Under the pieces are notes generated by a model. The model made no database searches. It had not been told where the DNA came from and worked only from the letters and a program-made list of their open reading frames with translations. The position numbers and the translations under genes are program-made. From an uncultured archaeon (GTDB lineage Archaea; Thermoproteota; Nitrososphaeria; Nitrososphaerales; Gagatemarchaeaceae): 64,000 nucleotides of DNA. Every line of letters begins with the position of its first letter. Position 1 is the first letter of the stretch. The DNA lies in the NCBI GenBank assembly GCA_963799775.1, contig CAWCYD010000002.1:1-64000 (forward strand), given 5' to 3'. Shown here one piece after another: positions 31,919 to 41,768 of the stretch.

Positions 31919-32434
31919 ATGAGCTCGCCCAAACGAATTGAGAACCTCGCATGGGTTCTCCCTCGCCCGAGCTTATCCCATTACAAGGGAGGGATGCCTC
32001 GCTTCGCTGAGATTAAGATTCTCCGTGAAATCGACTCTGACCCGAAGGTAAACTCCGAAATCAAGATTCTCCACCCCTTCGGCGGGCGCGCGGAGTTTGG
32101 TTTCAGGTGCGACGTCAATGCCGATGCGGACCCCGACTTGCGGTGCGACGCGCACCTCCTCCCGTTCAGGGATTGCACCTTTGATGTGGTGTTCCTTGAC
32201 CCGCCATATAACGAGCAATACTCAAAAGCTCTCTATGCAGCCGGCAAGCCCAGGTTCAAGAAGTACACGGCCGAGAGTGTCCGGGTGTTGAAGCCGGAAG
32301 GCTACATGGTGATGTATCACTACATGGCGACGCCGAGGATAGACGGCACCCGGCTTGTCAAGCGGATATTCATCGAGACCCGCCTCTGGCACAAACTCCG
32401 AGTAGTCCATATCCACAGAAAGGAGAAGGCGTAA
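31919..32434 (+). CDS. Small N6A/N4C-type DNA methyltransferase-like protein
   Basis: LHPFGG and FLDPPY motifs. Confidence 0.65.
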   Translation: MSSPKRIENLAWVLPRPSLSHYKGGMPRFAEIKILREIDSDPKVNSEIKILHPFGGRAEFGFRCDVNADADPDLRCDAHLLPFRDCTFDVVFLDPPYNEQYSKALYAAGKPRFKKYTAESVRVLKPEGYMVMYHYMATPRIDGTRLVKRIFIETRLWHKLRVVHIHRKEKA

Positions 32435-32439
32435 GAGCA

Positions 32440-32904
32440 GTGAGGCGGGGAGGATACAGCACCGCCGTCGTTGGCCGCTCACCTCCCCCGACCTCGGAGG
32501 CGGTGACGCGGGTGATGCGGTCAAACAAGAGCACGGGCACATCGCCGGAACTGGCGCTGGGGCGCCTGCTGAGAAAGAAGCCCGCGCGTTCGAGGTTACC
32601 AGGGAGGCCAGACTTCGTCTACAGCAGGGCGAGGCTGGCCGTGTTCGTCCACGGGTGCTGGTGGCACAGATGCCCCGTGGAGGACTATCCTCTGCCAAAG
32701 ACGCACACGGATTTCTGGCGTAGGAAGTTCGAGAGGAACGTCGAGAGAGACCGACTGAACGCAGGGGCGCTTAAAGCGATGGGCTGGAATGTTATCGTCG
32801 TGTGGGAACACGAGGTCAAGCGAGACCCAAAGGGGACGGAGCGGAGAGTCAAGGGGCTCGCCGTTGAATTATTAAGCGAGCGCGAGGCCACCCGAGGCAA
32901 CTGA
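32440..32904 (+). CDS. vsr: Very short patch repair endonuclease
   Basis: MRSNKSTGTSPE, PGRPDF, FVHGCWWH, WEHE. Confidence 0.9.
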   Translation: MRRGGYSTAVVGRSPPPTSEAVTRVMRSNKSTGTSPELALGRLLRKKPARSRLPGRPDFVYSRARLAVFVHGCWWHRCPVEDYPLPKTHTDFWRRKFERNVERDRLNAGALKAMGWNVIVVWEHEVKRDPKGTERRVKGLAVELLSEREATRGN

Positions 32905-32906
32905 CA

Positions 32907-34212
32907 ATGGCCAAGCCGCGAGAGTTCGAAGCGTTTTCCCTCTTCTCAGGGGCGGCAGGTCTCGACTACGGCCTAGAGACGGCGGGCAGGCTCCTAGGCG
33001 ACGACCTCGGCCCTGTTTCGGCGCGGTTCCGGATACGCGGCTATGTCGAGTCCGAACCCGTAATGCAGGAGACCCTCCGGCTGAACATCGCCAGAGGGGT
33101 GCTGAGCCCGGGGAAGGTCTACGGCGACATAGCTGAGATCGCAGACCCGCGGGGGGTCGTCGAGGAGTGTGGCGTTCGAGGCGAGCTCCCCCTCCTCTGC
33201 GGAGGGCCTCCCTGCCAGCCGTTCAGCACCGCGGGGCGCAGGGGGACTGTCCAGGATCCGCGCGGCTCGGTGATTTGGGAGTTCGTGCGATTCGTCCGTG
33301 AGGTCCAGACCCCAGTTCTTCCTGATGGAGAACGTGCGCGGCCTCATCTCGGCGGCCGTTCGCCACAGACCCATAAAGCAGCGGGGTAGGGGCAACCCGC
33401 CGCTGGCGCCAGAGGAGGAGCCCGGTTCCGTGTTGCGGTTGCTGCTCGCTGACTTCGAGGCCCTGGGATACCACGTCGACGTGTTCGAGGTGAACGCCGT
33501 GAACTACGGCGCGCCCCAGTTGAGGGAGCGAGTCCTGCTCATGGGCAACAAGTATAACATGACCCTGGACTTCCCAGCCCCCGCATACGGGAAAGCCGGC
33601 ACTCTCCTACGGCGGTGGCGGACGCTGGGCGAGGCGCTAGAGGGCCTCAAGGACGGAGCGGGAGAGGTGCTCGACTTCTCGCCGCGCAAGAAGAGGTATC
33701 TCGCCATGATACCGCAGGGTGGGAACTGGAGGTCGATGCCCGTCGCCACGCAGAAGGAGTCCATGGGCTCCGCCTGGTATGCCAAGGGCGGCCGGTCGGG
33801 CTGGTGGCGCAGGCTGTCCTTCGACCTCCCAAGCCCGTGCCTCGTCACGATGCCGAACCACTCCGGGACGGCCCTCTGTCACCCGACGGAGGTCAGGGCG
33901 CTGAGCCTCAAGGAATACCTGAGGGTGCAGGAGTTACCCGACGACTGGGAAGTGGCGGGAACCCTGGCGGAGCGATACAAGCAGGTCGGGAACGCCGTGC
34001 CGGTAAGGCTCGGCGAGGTGGCAGGAAAGGTCATAGGTGACGCGCTCGCGAGCCTCGGCGACGTGGAGGAGGTCAGGCCAGGCCGGAAGGTGGTCCCTAG
34101 CGCGAAGGTCTACGTGACTTCGCACGTGAGGACGCGCCGCTGGTATGAGAACGGCAAGGCCGTCGTGAGGACTGCGCCCCAAGCCCCGCCCGTCGCGGGG
34201 CTGGCAACCTGA
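32907..34212 (+). CDS. C5-cytosine DNA methyltransferase (frameshift near 33305)
   Basis: SLFSGAAG, GGPPCQPFS, ENV, QLRER, QVGNAVP. Confidence 0.92.
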
Positions 34213-35294
34213 GCGCTTCCAGAGCGAGGGCGAGCATCGAGCAGAAGGCACAAGAAGACTTCTACGCAAGGGTAAAGAAGGCCGCGCCTTTCGACCCTGC
34301 TGAGTTCGCCTCCCTTCTCCAACGGCTCGACGAGCGGAGGGTTAGGGATATCGCGGAACGACTCTCAAGGTATCTGGAGGCCAAACTGCCCGCGACCGTA
34401 AGACGCAGGGATGGCCTGAAGGACTACAAGCTCAACCCATACGTGCTGCTCACCTCTGCCGCGACTCGCAGGCTCAACGAGCCGCGGCGGTTCGCGTCAT
34501 TCATCTTCGACGCGAAGTTCTACGCCGGTCTGGAGACCTCGTTCGGCAAGTCCATAGAGTCGGAGCTGTTGGCGCTGTATGAGTGGAAGAAGCCGGAGGA
34601 AAAGACCGCAGAGGAGAATTCGCTGAAGGGGCTGCCAAGGGTCGAGAAGGCCAGGAGGCGCGTCAACTCCGTGTGGAGAGAGGTGGACAGCAGCCGGATG
34701 GTGGGGAACAGGCGCTTCTTCCTCACGGTGAAGTCGGGCCCCAACTGCATAAACGACACTCAGGTCGACAACATGCAGGAAGCCATCGCCAAGCACCATT
34801 TGACATGGCTTGACCAGACCCGAAGGTCTCTTCCGGACGTTCGAGGCATAGACGTGGTTGTCGGGCTGACATACGGAACCACGACAACCACGAACAACAA
34901 GGAGAACCAAATACTCGTCAAGCTCTTGGAGCATGGGTTCAGGGAGACCAAGGAAAACGGGGTGCTCGTCTCAGGCAAGAACGATGCTGTAAGGGTCTAC
35001 CGCCGCATCGGGCGGGACTTCTGGGCACTAGTGGGCTCTCCGGCTGCGCCCGCGAGGGGCGGGCACACGTTCCTTGAGGTTCTATTGGGCCTCGCGCTTG
35101 CGTTGAAGCAGGGGAGCCTAACGGAGACCATGGAGAAGATGGTGGACCACAAGATAGACGAGCTGGCAGTGGCAATCTCCTCCCTAAAGCTCGAGGGGCA
35201 ACGGCTGCCCGACTGGGTATCCCAGACCTTCGGGGCACAAGAGCTGAGCGTTTTCATCGACGCGGTCTCCTCGTTCTACGACGGCGGCCTTTAG
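34209..35294 (+). CDS. Putative type II restriction endonuclease (PmeII-like)
   Basis: Frame open from a CTG overlapping the MTase TGA; LNPY, ETSFG, EVD...VKSGPN motifs. Confidence 0.65.
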   Translation: MSASRARASIEQKAQEDFYARVKKAAPFDPAEFASLLQRLDERRVRDIAERLSRYLEAKLPATVRRRDGLKDYKLNPYVLLTSAATRRLNEPRRFASFIFDAKFYAGLETSFGKSIESELLALYEWKKPEEKTAEENSLKGLPRVEKARRRVNSVWREVDSSRMVGNRRFFLTVKSGPNCINDTQVDNMQEAIAKHHLTWLDQTRRSLPDVRGIDVVVGLTYGTTTTTNNKENQILVKLLEHGFRETKENGVLVSGKNDAVRVYRRIGRDFWALVGSPAAPARGGHTFLEVLLGLALALKQGSLTETMEKMVDHKIDELAVAISSLKLEGQRLPDWVSQTFGAQELSVFIDAVSSFYDGGL

Positions 35295-35366
35295 TCCATC
35301 CTGGATGGGCTTTTTGTGGTTAAGGAGGGATGGCCCTGGACACCGAATCTTGCCGGCGGAAGGCAA

Positions 35367-35660
35367 CTATACTGCGACAAGCAACCAGGCACTGAACACG
35401 AGGAGTAGGAACGCCACTATCGCGACAGAAATCGACGGGGCGCCGCGGATTTCTTCCCAACCCTGCCACAGGCCGTAGAGCGAGAGCGCGAGGAACCCCA
35501 GATCCAGAAGGACCGCAACGGCGGGGAAGAGCGCGTCGAGGAACACCTGGACGCAGAACCAAGCGACGAACGACTTCATCGCCTCCGGAATGCCGGTGAG
35601 CACCCCGTTCAAGACGGTGTCAATCCCGTCGAAGAAGTCGTCGATGACCGACATGGGCAA
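35367..35660 (-). CDS. Small membrane protein
   Basis: Hydrophobic 97-aa ORF. Confidence 0.45.
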   Translation of the reverse strand: MPMSVIDDFFDGIDTVLNGVLTGIPEAMKSFVAWFCVQVFLDALFPAVAVLLDLGFLALSLYGLWQGWEEIRGAPSISVAIVAFLLLVFSAWLLVAV

Positions 35661-35763
35661 ACGTGGTGCAGGGTACTAAAAAAAATTTTTGCGCCGAGTC
35701 AAGGCTCTTTTGGCGCAATGACGTTGGTATTCGAGATTCCCGCAAGGATTTAAGATTCGCATC

Positions 35764-37083
35764 GTGAAAGGAAGGGCGGTGTCAACCAGTCAAGCGACGT
35801 TGCGCGAAGAGACTGCCGATGAGATGCTCCAGCTAATCGAACGAAGGAAGACAACCTATGGCAAGGCGAAGATGACCTCTGCCTTAGTGAAGGTGGGCGG
35901 AAGCTGGGAGAATTACCTCACTAGGTTTGTCGTCCTCTCTTCCGAGGATGCCAAGCAATACCAGAGGACGATGAACTACGGGGATCTCTTGCTGAAGGAG
36001 ACCGTCGTTGACATCCCGAAAGTCGAGTCGATGTTGCAGTTGTTATCACATGGGAATCAACTCACACTTCCTGGGTTGGATGCACGACCGATTGATGGTG
36101 ACCTCCAGAGATACCCCGCATCGCCGTCCTATTATCAGCCCAGCAATGATCCAGGATTCAATCTTGAATGGCCGGGCAATGTATTCGTGGTCGCGCCGAA
36201 ATCCAACCGGCAGGTTCAGCTTCCTAATGGTCCAACCTGCGCCATAGACGAGCCGCTTTACGATTCCGGGAATGCCGCGGTGAATGATTTCTTTGGATTC
36301 CTCGCGAGCAACGTCCCCTGGAGGGGATCTGCGATATTCATGCTTCCAAACTACAAAGCCAAGATAACCCAAATCAAGCTCGGCTCCACGAGAATTACGG
36401 TCACTTTTGCTCTCGGGAAGGACTCGCGCTACTCTGACCTGCTGGCGAAAATGTATCTTGAGTCCGCCCAAGGCATTGCGCAGAGAGACTTCGAACCGAA
36501 GGAAGGGGAGAACGTGATTCCCATAGGCATCGCGCCGCACCTGTACGTAATCTATCTGTTCTCGAAGGCCGGGGGAGAGGTTGTGGATTTCCGGCGCTTT
36601 GGAGCTGGATGGACCAACCTGAGAGACGTGGTGATTGAAACAACTCCCGACAACATCGAGCAGATAATCAGCCGCGGCGAAAATAACCGCGTTGAGTTCA
36701 AACTGGCAATTCCCAAGAAATGGGAAGACTTCGCAGAAACAGCAGTCTCGATGTCAAACTCCAGCGGAGGGATTATTTTCCTGGGAGTGGACGACGACAC
36801 TACTGTCGTGGGCGTCGACGATCCGAAAATCGTTGACACCATAACTGATGCGCTAAGGAATCTCAGCGACCCGTGGATTAATCCGAAGATAACCACCCAG
36901 GTGGTTCAGGGCAAGACCGTAGCGGTCGTTGAAATCAGTCAGGGGACGAGAAAGCCGTACGTATTGAGGGCTAGAGGCCCGATGGTTCGGATTGGCGCGA
37001 CCGATAGAATCGCGACGCGGGATGAAATAGTCGCTCTCGCAACGAATCAGAGTCCGTGGACCTCAGCACCTGGAGTCGTCTGA
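35764..37083 (+). CDS. Protein with C-terminal Schlafen AlbA_2 domain
   Basis: GENNRVEFK, AVSMSNSSGGIIFLGVDDD, PYV...VRIGAT. Confidence 0.8.
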   Translation: MKGRAVSTSQATLREETADEMLQLIERRKTTYGKAKMTSALVKVGGSWENYLTRFVVLSSEDAKQYQRTMNYGDLLLKETVVDIPKVESMLQLLSHGNQLTLPGLDARPIDGDLQRYPASPSYYQPSNDPGFNLEWPGNVFVVAPKSNRQVQLPNGPTCAIDEPLYDSGNAAVNDFFGFLASNVPWRGSAIFMLPNYKAKITQIKLGSTRITVTFALGKDSRYSDLLAKMYLESAQGIAQRDFEPKEGENVIPIGIAPHLYVIYLFSKAGGEVVDFRRFGAGWTNLRDVVIETTPDNIEQIISRGENNRVEFKLAIPKKWEDFAETAVSMSNSSGGIIFLGVDDDTTVVGVDDPKIVDTITDALRNLSDPWINPKITTQVVQGKTVAVVEISQGTRKPYVLRARGPMVRIGATDRIATRDEIVALATNQSPWTSAPGVV

Positions 37084-37090
37084 GAGCAAC

Positions 37091-37615
37091 TCAATCTTCG
37101 AAGCACGGCCCAAGACTCGACCATGACTCTTCTGACCATTCCACGTCCGGGCGGTCCTTGTATCTCACTGCTACGTGGAATCTTATGAAGATTCCGAATC
37201 GGTAGCCCAACTCCTTTTGATAGTTTGAAATCTTCCGCTTGTCGCACTTTCCTTCGCTTTCGGGATTCGTGTCCTTCTTCGCCTCTATGATTAGGAAATT
37301 GTTCTTGGTTCCTCTTTCATGGACGACTATGTCGGGATAGACGGTCTCGCCAAGGTCGTCATCAGATGATACACTTTTGGGCTTCAGATGGAGTCTCTTT
37401 GTTTCATATTCATCTCTGTTGTACTCGCAATCGACATCCCAATCATGGAAATACTCCTCGAGATGGATGGCGAACTTGTGGGTTATCGATCGCTCGTTGG
37501 CGTCCTTCTCAAGAAGCTTCCAGTCGTTCTCGCGAAACTTGACCCACGCGCCTTCAATTGCCCGCTCGACATACCCTTTGTCATGGTCGGTCGGCACAGC
37601 ATTTCGTCTTTTCAT
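37091..37615 (-). CDS. PD-(D/E)xK nuclease-like hypothetical protein
   Basis: NERSITHK, DCEYNR, YPDIVVH, IIEAKK. Confidence 0.65.
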   Translation of the reverse strand: MKRRNAVPTDHDKGYVERAIEGAWVKFRENDWKLLEKDANERSITHKFAIHLEEYFHDWDVDCEYNRDEYETKRLHLKPKSVSSDDDLGETVYPDIVVHERGTKNNFLIIEAKKDTNPESEGKCDKRKISNYQKELGYRFGIFIRFHVAVRYKDRPDVEWSEESWSSLGPCFED

Positions 37616-37942
37616 AGACCGTCAAACGGACCATTAAGCTTTGGCATTGAAGGCATACGTGCCAAAGATGAGGTGGCCTGAACCGCGCGGAGGGGCCGGT
37701 GCATTTCAGCTCGTAACTGGCCGAGACCTCTGCGTCAACGTTCGAAGAAGAAAAATGGGGAGGGTGCCCGCTACGGTTCCGCCGCGGGCCCTGCCGGGCC
37801 CGAACCCAGGTACAGCTTCGCTCCCGAAAGCCTAAATCTCTTCGATGAATCTTAACCCTAGATGGGATATTCAAACCTGCTCGAGTGGCTTAAACCGTTA
37901 AAATATTCCAGCACGAAACGGCTTTACGGGTCTTTTTTGCTT

Positions 37943-38013
37943 GACAGGTAGAAGTTATCTTCTACCTCTACTTCGACATTTAGACGATATGTAGAAGTCA
38001 ACTTCTACATATC
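37943..38013 (+). repeat. att-like site 1 (71 bp)
   Basis: GACAGGTAGAAGTTATCTTCTACCT CTACTTCGACATTTAG AC GATATGTAGAAGTCAACTTCTACATATC. Confidence 0.9.
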
Positions 38014-38235
38014 CGCACCTGAATTTCCTCGCTGGAATCAGGGAAATCGACGGTTGTTCAGCCGAGGCCCTAACGTCTCCGGAGCGGCAGAACTGAAGGG
38101 GTGTCACCGCATCATGCCTAGTTCGAATCGATTCATCTTGCTCTAGTGTTGACGAACTAGACAAGAGTTTCGGAGCGACCTAGAAAGCGAATAAATTCAA
38201 TCTGGCATGGAGGAGATAAAAATCCCTGGTCTTTC

Positions 38236-38478
38236 TCATCCCAAACTTTTTTTGGCGGTTGCCTGAATTTCGGGAATCTTTGGCTTGACATAAAGCTCCA
38301 AGGCCCTCTTCAAGTTCAAGAATTCCACTCCAACAAGCCGTTCGTTCTCACCGTAATCGAATAGGACATCCAATGAATCCACTTTCCCTTCTCGGGTCTT
38401 CTTCACGTGTCCAGCGCTCAATTTGATATAAGCTGCATTGGCATCCACATCAAACTCGACTTTGGGCGTCTTGTCCAT
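38236..38478 (-). CDS. DUF2283-like putative antitoxin
   Basis: EFDVDANAAYIKL...DY.EN.RLVGVEFLN. Confidence 0.8.
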   Translation of the reverse strand: MDKTPKVEFDVDANAAYIKLSAGHVKKTREGKVDSLDVLFDYGENERLVGVEFLNLKRALELYVKPKIPEIQATAKKSLG

Positions 38479-38485
38479 AGCTAAA

Positions 38486-38698
38486 TCATTGGTAATACGC
38501 AGTCTTCACCTTAAAATCATTTCCTCGGCGATAAGCAATCACCACTAGAATCTTGTTACCGAAGTGACGCTCGAATGCCCATTTGTCGGGTTCGTCATAC
38601 AACCTGGTTGAGCTCGTCGGCCGCTTGAGAGCTCGCAGAACTTCGGATTTCGAGATTCGTCTCTTACCCATCCTGTCCTCCGCATGTTTCGTATACAC
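38486..38698 (-). CDS. DUF4258-like (RelE/BrnT-fold) putative toxin
   Basis: YTKHAEDRM.KR.IS..EV..AL..P...VKTAY. Confidence 0.8.
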   Translation of the reverse strand: MYTKHAEDRMGKRRISKSEVLRALKRPTSSTRLYDEPDKWAFERHFGNKILVVIAYRRGNDFKVKTAYYQ

Positions 38699-38944
38699 TA
38701 CGTTGGAAGCGGAGTGACTCGCGTTCTCAGCCTGTTCTTCAATAATCGGAACACTAGATAACCTATGGTGCTCTTGTCAGACTTGTCGGATCATTTTCTC
38801 AAGCTGGAACGCAAACTGTTTCAGTACCCCCAATCTCTCCGCACCTTGGTGGCGAATGTGATGACTCGCTGGGTACTCGACTATCGCAATTGCGTCGATG
38901 ATCTTCCGCGACGTGTTTGAGCTAGGAGATGCCGGATTGGGCAT

Positions 38945-39015
38945 GATAGGTGGCAGTTAACTTCTACCTGAACTTCGACATTTAGATGATATGTAGAAGT
39001 TGACTTCCACATATC
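38945..39015 (+). repeat. att-like site 2 (71 bp)
   Basis: 61/71 identical to site 1 by manual alignment. Confidence 0.9.
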
Positions 39016-39085
39016 GCCTGGCCCCCTGGGAACCGAAAAGGTTAGGGTTCGGCGAAGCGCTAGCGATTGGCGTAGCTTCTTCGTG

Positions 39086-40534
39086 CTAGGGCTTCAAAGG
39101 CAAGTCCTTAGGCCCGCCTCTGAGAGAGAGCGAGGTGGCGACGCCGACGCCGGCGAAGACCGCCGCAGCTAGAAAGGCGTACCGAAACGCGGTGACGACC
39201 TCGGCGCTAGGTGCCGCGACTCCCATGCCCAGGGTCACCAAGCCTATGACCGAGACGGCAACGGCTAGGCCGATGGGCCCTCCTACCTGCCTCGACGTAT
39301 TGATAAGCCCAGAAGCAATCCCCTCTTCCCCGGGCTTGGCAGCCGAGAGCCCAACGATGCTCGATGCCGTCGAAGCGATGGAAGAACCCACAACGGCAAT
39401 GAGCTGTGCTGGGAGGATCACCGTGAAGTAGTTCGAGGTCAACGAAATCTGGGTGAAGAGGAGCATCCCGGCCGTGAATGTCGCCATCGCTCCAATCATG
39501 ACGTCCTTGGCCCCCACCCGCCTAACCAGCCTCGGCGCCGCGAACCCGCCCAAGAATGCGTAGAGAAGCGAACCGGGCAAGAGCGCCGCTCCCGCGTAGA
39601 TGGGCGAGTAGGAGCGCAAGACCTGCAGATAGGTGGTAATGACGAACACCATCAGGACCATGCAGGCAAAGACAATCAGCATGGTAGCGTTGGCAAAGAA
39701 GATCTTCCTGCGCCTGAGGAACCCCAACGGCATCAGCGGTGCGGGGGAGAAGTGCTCAAGAGCGATGAAACAGGCGAGGACTCCGGCAGCGAGGGCGAAG
39801 ACCAGGTAGGTCGTGTAGGAAGGGTCCCCGTTGCCGACGCCCGTCAAGGCGTAGACCAATAGCATCAGCCCCCCTGTTACAGAGACCGCTCCAGGCAGAT
39901 CGAGGGTCGCGTGCTTCCTCTCCTGTCCCCTCGGGTCCGGGACGAATCTGATCGCGAGTAGGGCTATCAAGACACCTATGGGGACGTTGACGAAGAATAT
40001 CCACCTCCAGCCGAGCTCCTGGGTCAGGACTCCGCCCAGCACGATTCCGGCCGAGAACCCCGATGCGGCGACCGCGGTGAAGATGCCCAGGACCTGGTTC
40101 AGCCTTCCCAGGGGCGCGAATATCCTGACTATCATGGCCAGTCCCGTGGCCGAACAGAGGGCCGCACCGATGCCCTGCACGACCCTGGCGGCTATCAGGA
40201 TCTGCTCTGACGGTGCAAGTCCACCCGCGAGAGATGAGAGAGAGAAGACGACCAACCCGACCATGAACAGCGTCTTTCGGCCATACAGGTCCGAGGCGCG
40301 GCCGCTCAGCAAGAGCAGGCCTGCGAACGTGAGGCCGTAGGCGCTGACTATCCACTGGAGGTCAGGCAGAGACATCTGGAGGTCAGTCCGTATGGTTGGC
40401 AGAGCTATCTGGACGATTGAGAAGTCTAGCACAACCATGAACTGCGCAGTAACTAGGAGTCCCAGAACTAGTCCAAGCCGTCGCGGAGGACTATTTGCGG
40501 GAGGTTCCTCAGAGGGCAAAAAATCTCGAACCAC
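39086..40534 (-). CDS. DHA2/EmrB-QacA MFS efflux transporter
   Basis: AQFMVVLDFSIV.IALP, WIVSAY, GWRWIFFVNVP; about 14 TM. Confidence 0.9.
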   Translation of the reverse strand: MVRDFLPSEEPPANSPPRRLGLVLGLLVTAQFMVVLDFSIVQIALPTIRTDLQMSLPDLQWIVSAYGLTFAGLLLLSGRASDLYGRKTLFMVGLVVFSLSSLAGGLAPSEQILIAARVVQGIGAALCSATGLAMIVRIFAPLGRLNQVLGIFTAVAASGFSAGIVLGGVLTQELGWRWIFFVNVPIGVLIALLAIRFVPDPRGQERKHATLDLPGAVSVTGGLMLLVYALTGVGNGDPSYTTYLVFALAAGVLACFIALEHFSPAPLMPLGFLRRRKIFFANATMLIVFACMVLMVFVITTYLQVLRSYSPIYAGAALLPGSLLYAFLGGFAAPRLVRRVGAKDVMIGAMATFTAGMLLFTQISLTSNYFTVILPAQLIAVVGSSIASTASSIVGLSAAKPGEEGIASGLINTSRQVGGPIGLAVAVSVIGLVTLGMGVAAPSAEVVTAFRYAFLAAAVFAGVGVATSLSLRGGPKDLPLKP

Positions 40535-40585
40535 AGGCGCTATACTTAGTATAGTTTATAAATCGATAAGGGAGAGAAAGTATAG

Positions 40586-41044
40586 TTGGAATACATCCAA
40601 GGCGAGCGGGAACGGGGTTCAGACGAGAGCGCCCTGCTCCCGTCTGCGAGTTTCAACCATTGCCCGATAACCATTTCCGCCGGGCTGCTCGGGAAGAAGT
40701 GGACGATGCTGATCCTTCGGGACATAGGGATGCGCAACATCCAGCGCTTCAACCGCCTCCTCCAATCGGTGCGGGGCATCACCCCCCGCGTGCTTTCGCA
40801 GCGCCTCAAGGAGCTCAATCAGGAGGGATACATCGAGTGCGTCGAGGAGCGGTCCCCCACTGTGGTCCGATGGACCCTGACCGAGAAGGGAAGGGACACG
40901 CTTCCAATCCTCATGAGCTTCATAGCCTTCGGCTCGAAGTGGTATGCCGACCAGGTCTTCCATGACAAGAAGCCAAGGACTCTCAGCAACCTCTTCCCGA
41001 CTCCTCAGGCTAGGGAAGTCATGGAAAGGTTCACCCGGCCCTAG
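40586..41044 (+). CDS. HxlR-family regulator
   Basis: CPI...LLGKKWTMLILRD, RFN.L..GITPRVLSQRLKEL. Confidence 0.9.
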   Translation: MEYIQGERERGSDESALLPSASFNHCPITISAGLLGKKWTMLILRDIGMRNIQRFNRLLQSVRGITPRVLSQRLKELNQEGYIECVEERSPTVVRWTLTEKGRDTLPILMSFIAFGSKWYADQVFHDKKPRTLSNLFPTPQAREVMERFTRP

Positions 41045-41147
41045 CGAGCCCATAGTTCCCATCGTGAACGTTTCGCCATTTTGGAATACCACAACCATGA
41101 AGGCAAATGGCAAGAGTTATATGCTAACTAAATCACTTAGTGACCAA

Positions 41148-41375
41148 ATGGCAACGGTCAAAGTGGACGAAAAGACATACGCCGAGCTGAATCGTATCGC
41201 AGGGTACCTCAGAGCGGCAAGAGGGAGGCCGGTGCCGATAGACGAGGTCATTCGGGAACTCCTCAGCAAGAAAAGGGCTTCGGAATTCATCGGATCGTGG
41301 AAGATGAGCGACGAGGAAGAGAGGCGAGTCTTCGGCGAACTGCATGAGGCGTGGAAGAAATGGAAACAAGCCTAG
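41148..41375 (+). CDS. VapB-like antitoxin
   Basis: MATVKVDEKTYAEL...DEVIRELL..FIGSWKMSDEE; overlaps the PIN gene. Confidence 0.75.
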   Translation: MATVKVDEKTYAELNRIAGYLRAARGRPVPIDEVIRELLSKKRASEFIGSWKMSDEEERRVFGELHEAWKKWKQA

Positions 41376-41768
41376 TCCTGGACACCGATGTCCTCGTCTC
41401 TGACCTTCGGGGCATGGACCTCCATTCTGAAGGAACTAGAAGGCAAAGATCCAGCCACGACCGTGGTTAATGCCTTTGAGTTGTTCCACGGCGCCTACAA
41501 GTCAAAGCAGTCTTCTGCAAATCTGTCCGCCACTCGGGGCCTCCTTGGGAGCCTGAGACTCGTCGACTTGAGCGTGAAGGCTGCCGAGAGAGCTGGAGAA
41601 GTGCTGGCTCAGGCACAAAAGTCCGGACAAAATATCGAAATCCGAGACCTCCTGATTGGGTGCATCGCGAGAGAGGAAGGGCTGTCGCTGCTCACGCACA
41701 ACGTCAAGCACTTTCAAAAGATTCCGGGTTTGACGGTAGTAGATGCTGCCCGGTACGCTGATAGGTAG
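41360..41768 (+). CDS. vapC: VapC PIN-domain toxin (frameshift near 41420)
   Basis: VLDTDVL, AFELFHG, RDLLIG, THNVKHF; stop codon lies inside att site 3. Confidence 0.82.

Noticed and set aside
38777-38944. 55-aa minus-strand ORF in module 2, perhaps an AbrB-like remnant
   Set aside because: Similarity appears only after assuming a frameshift; not supportable.
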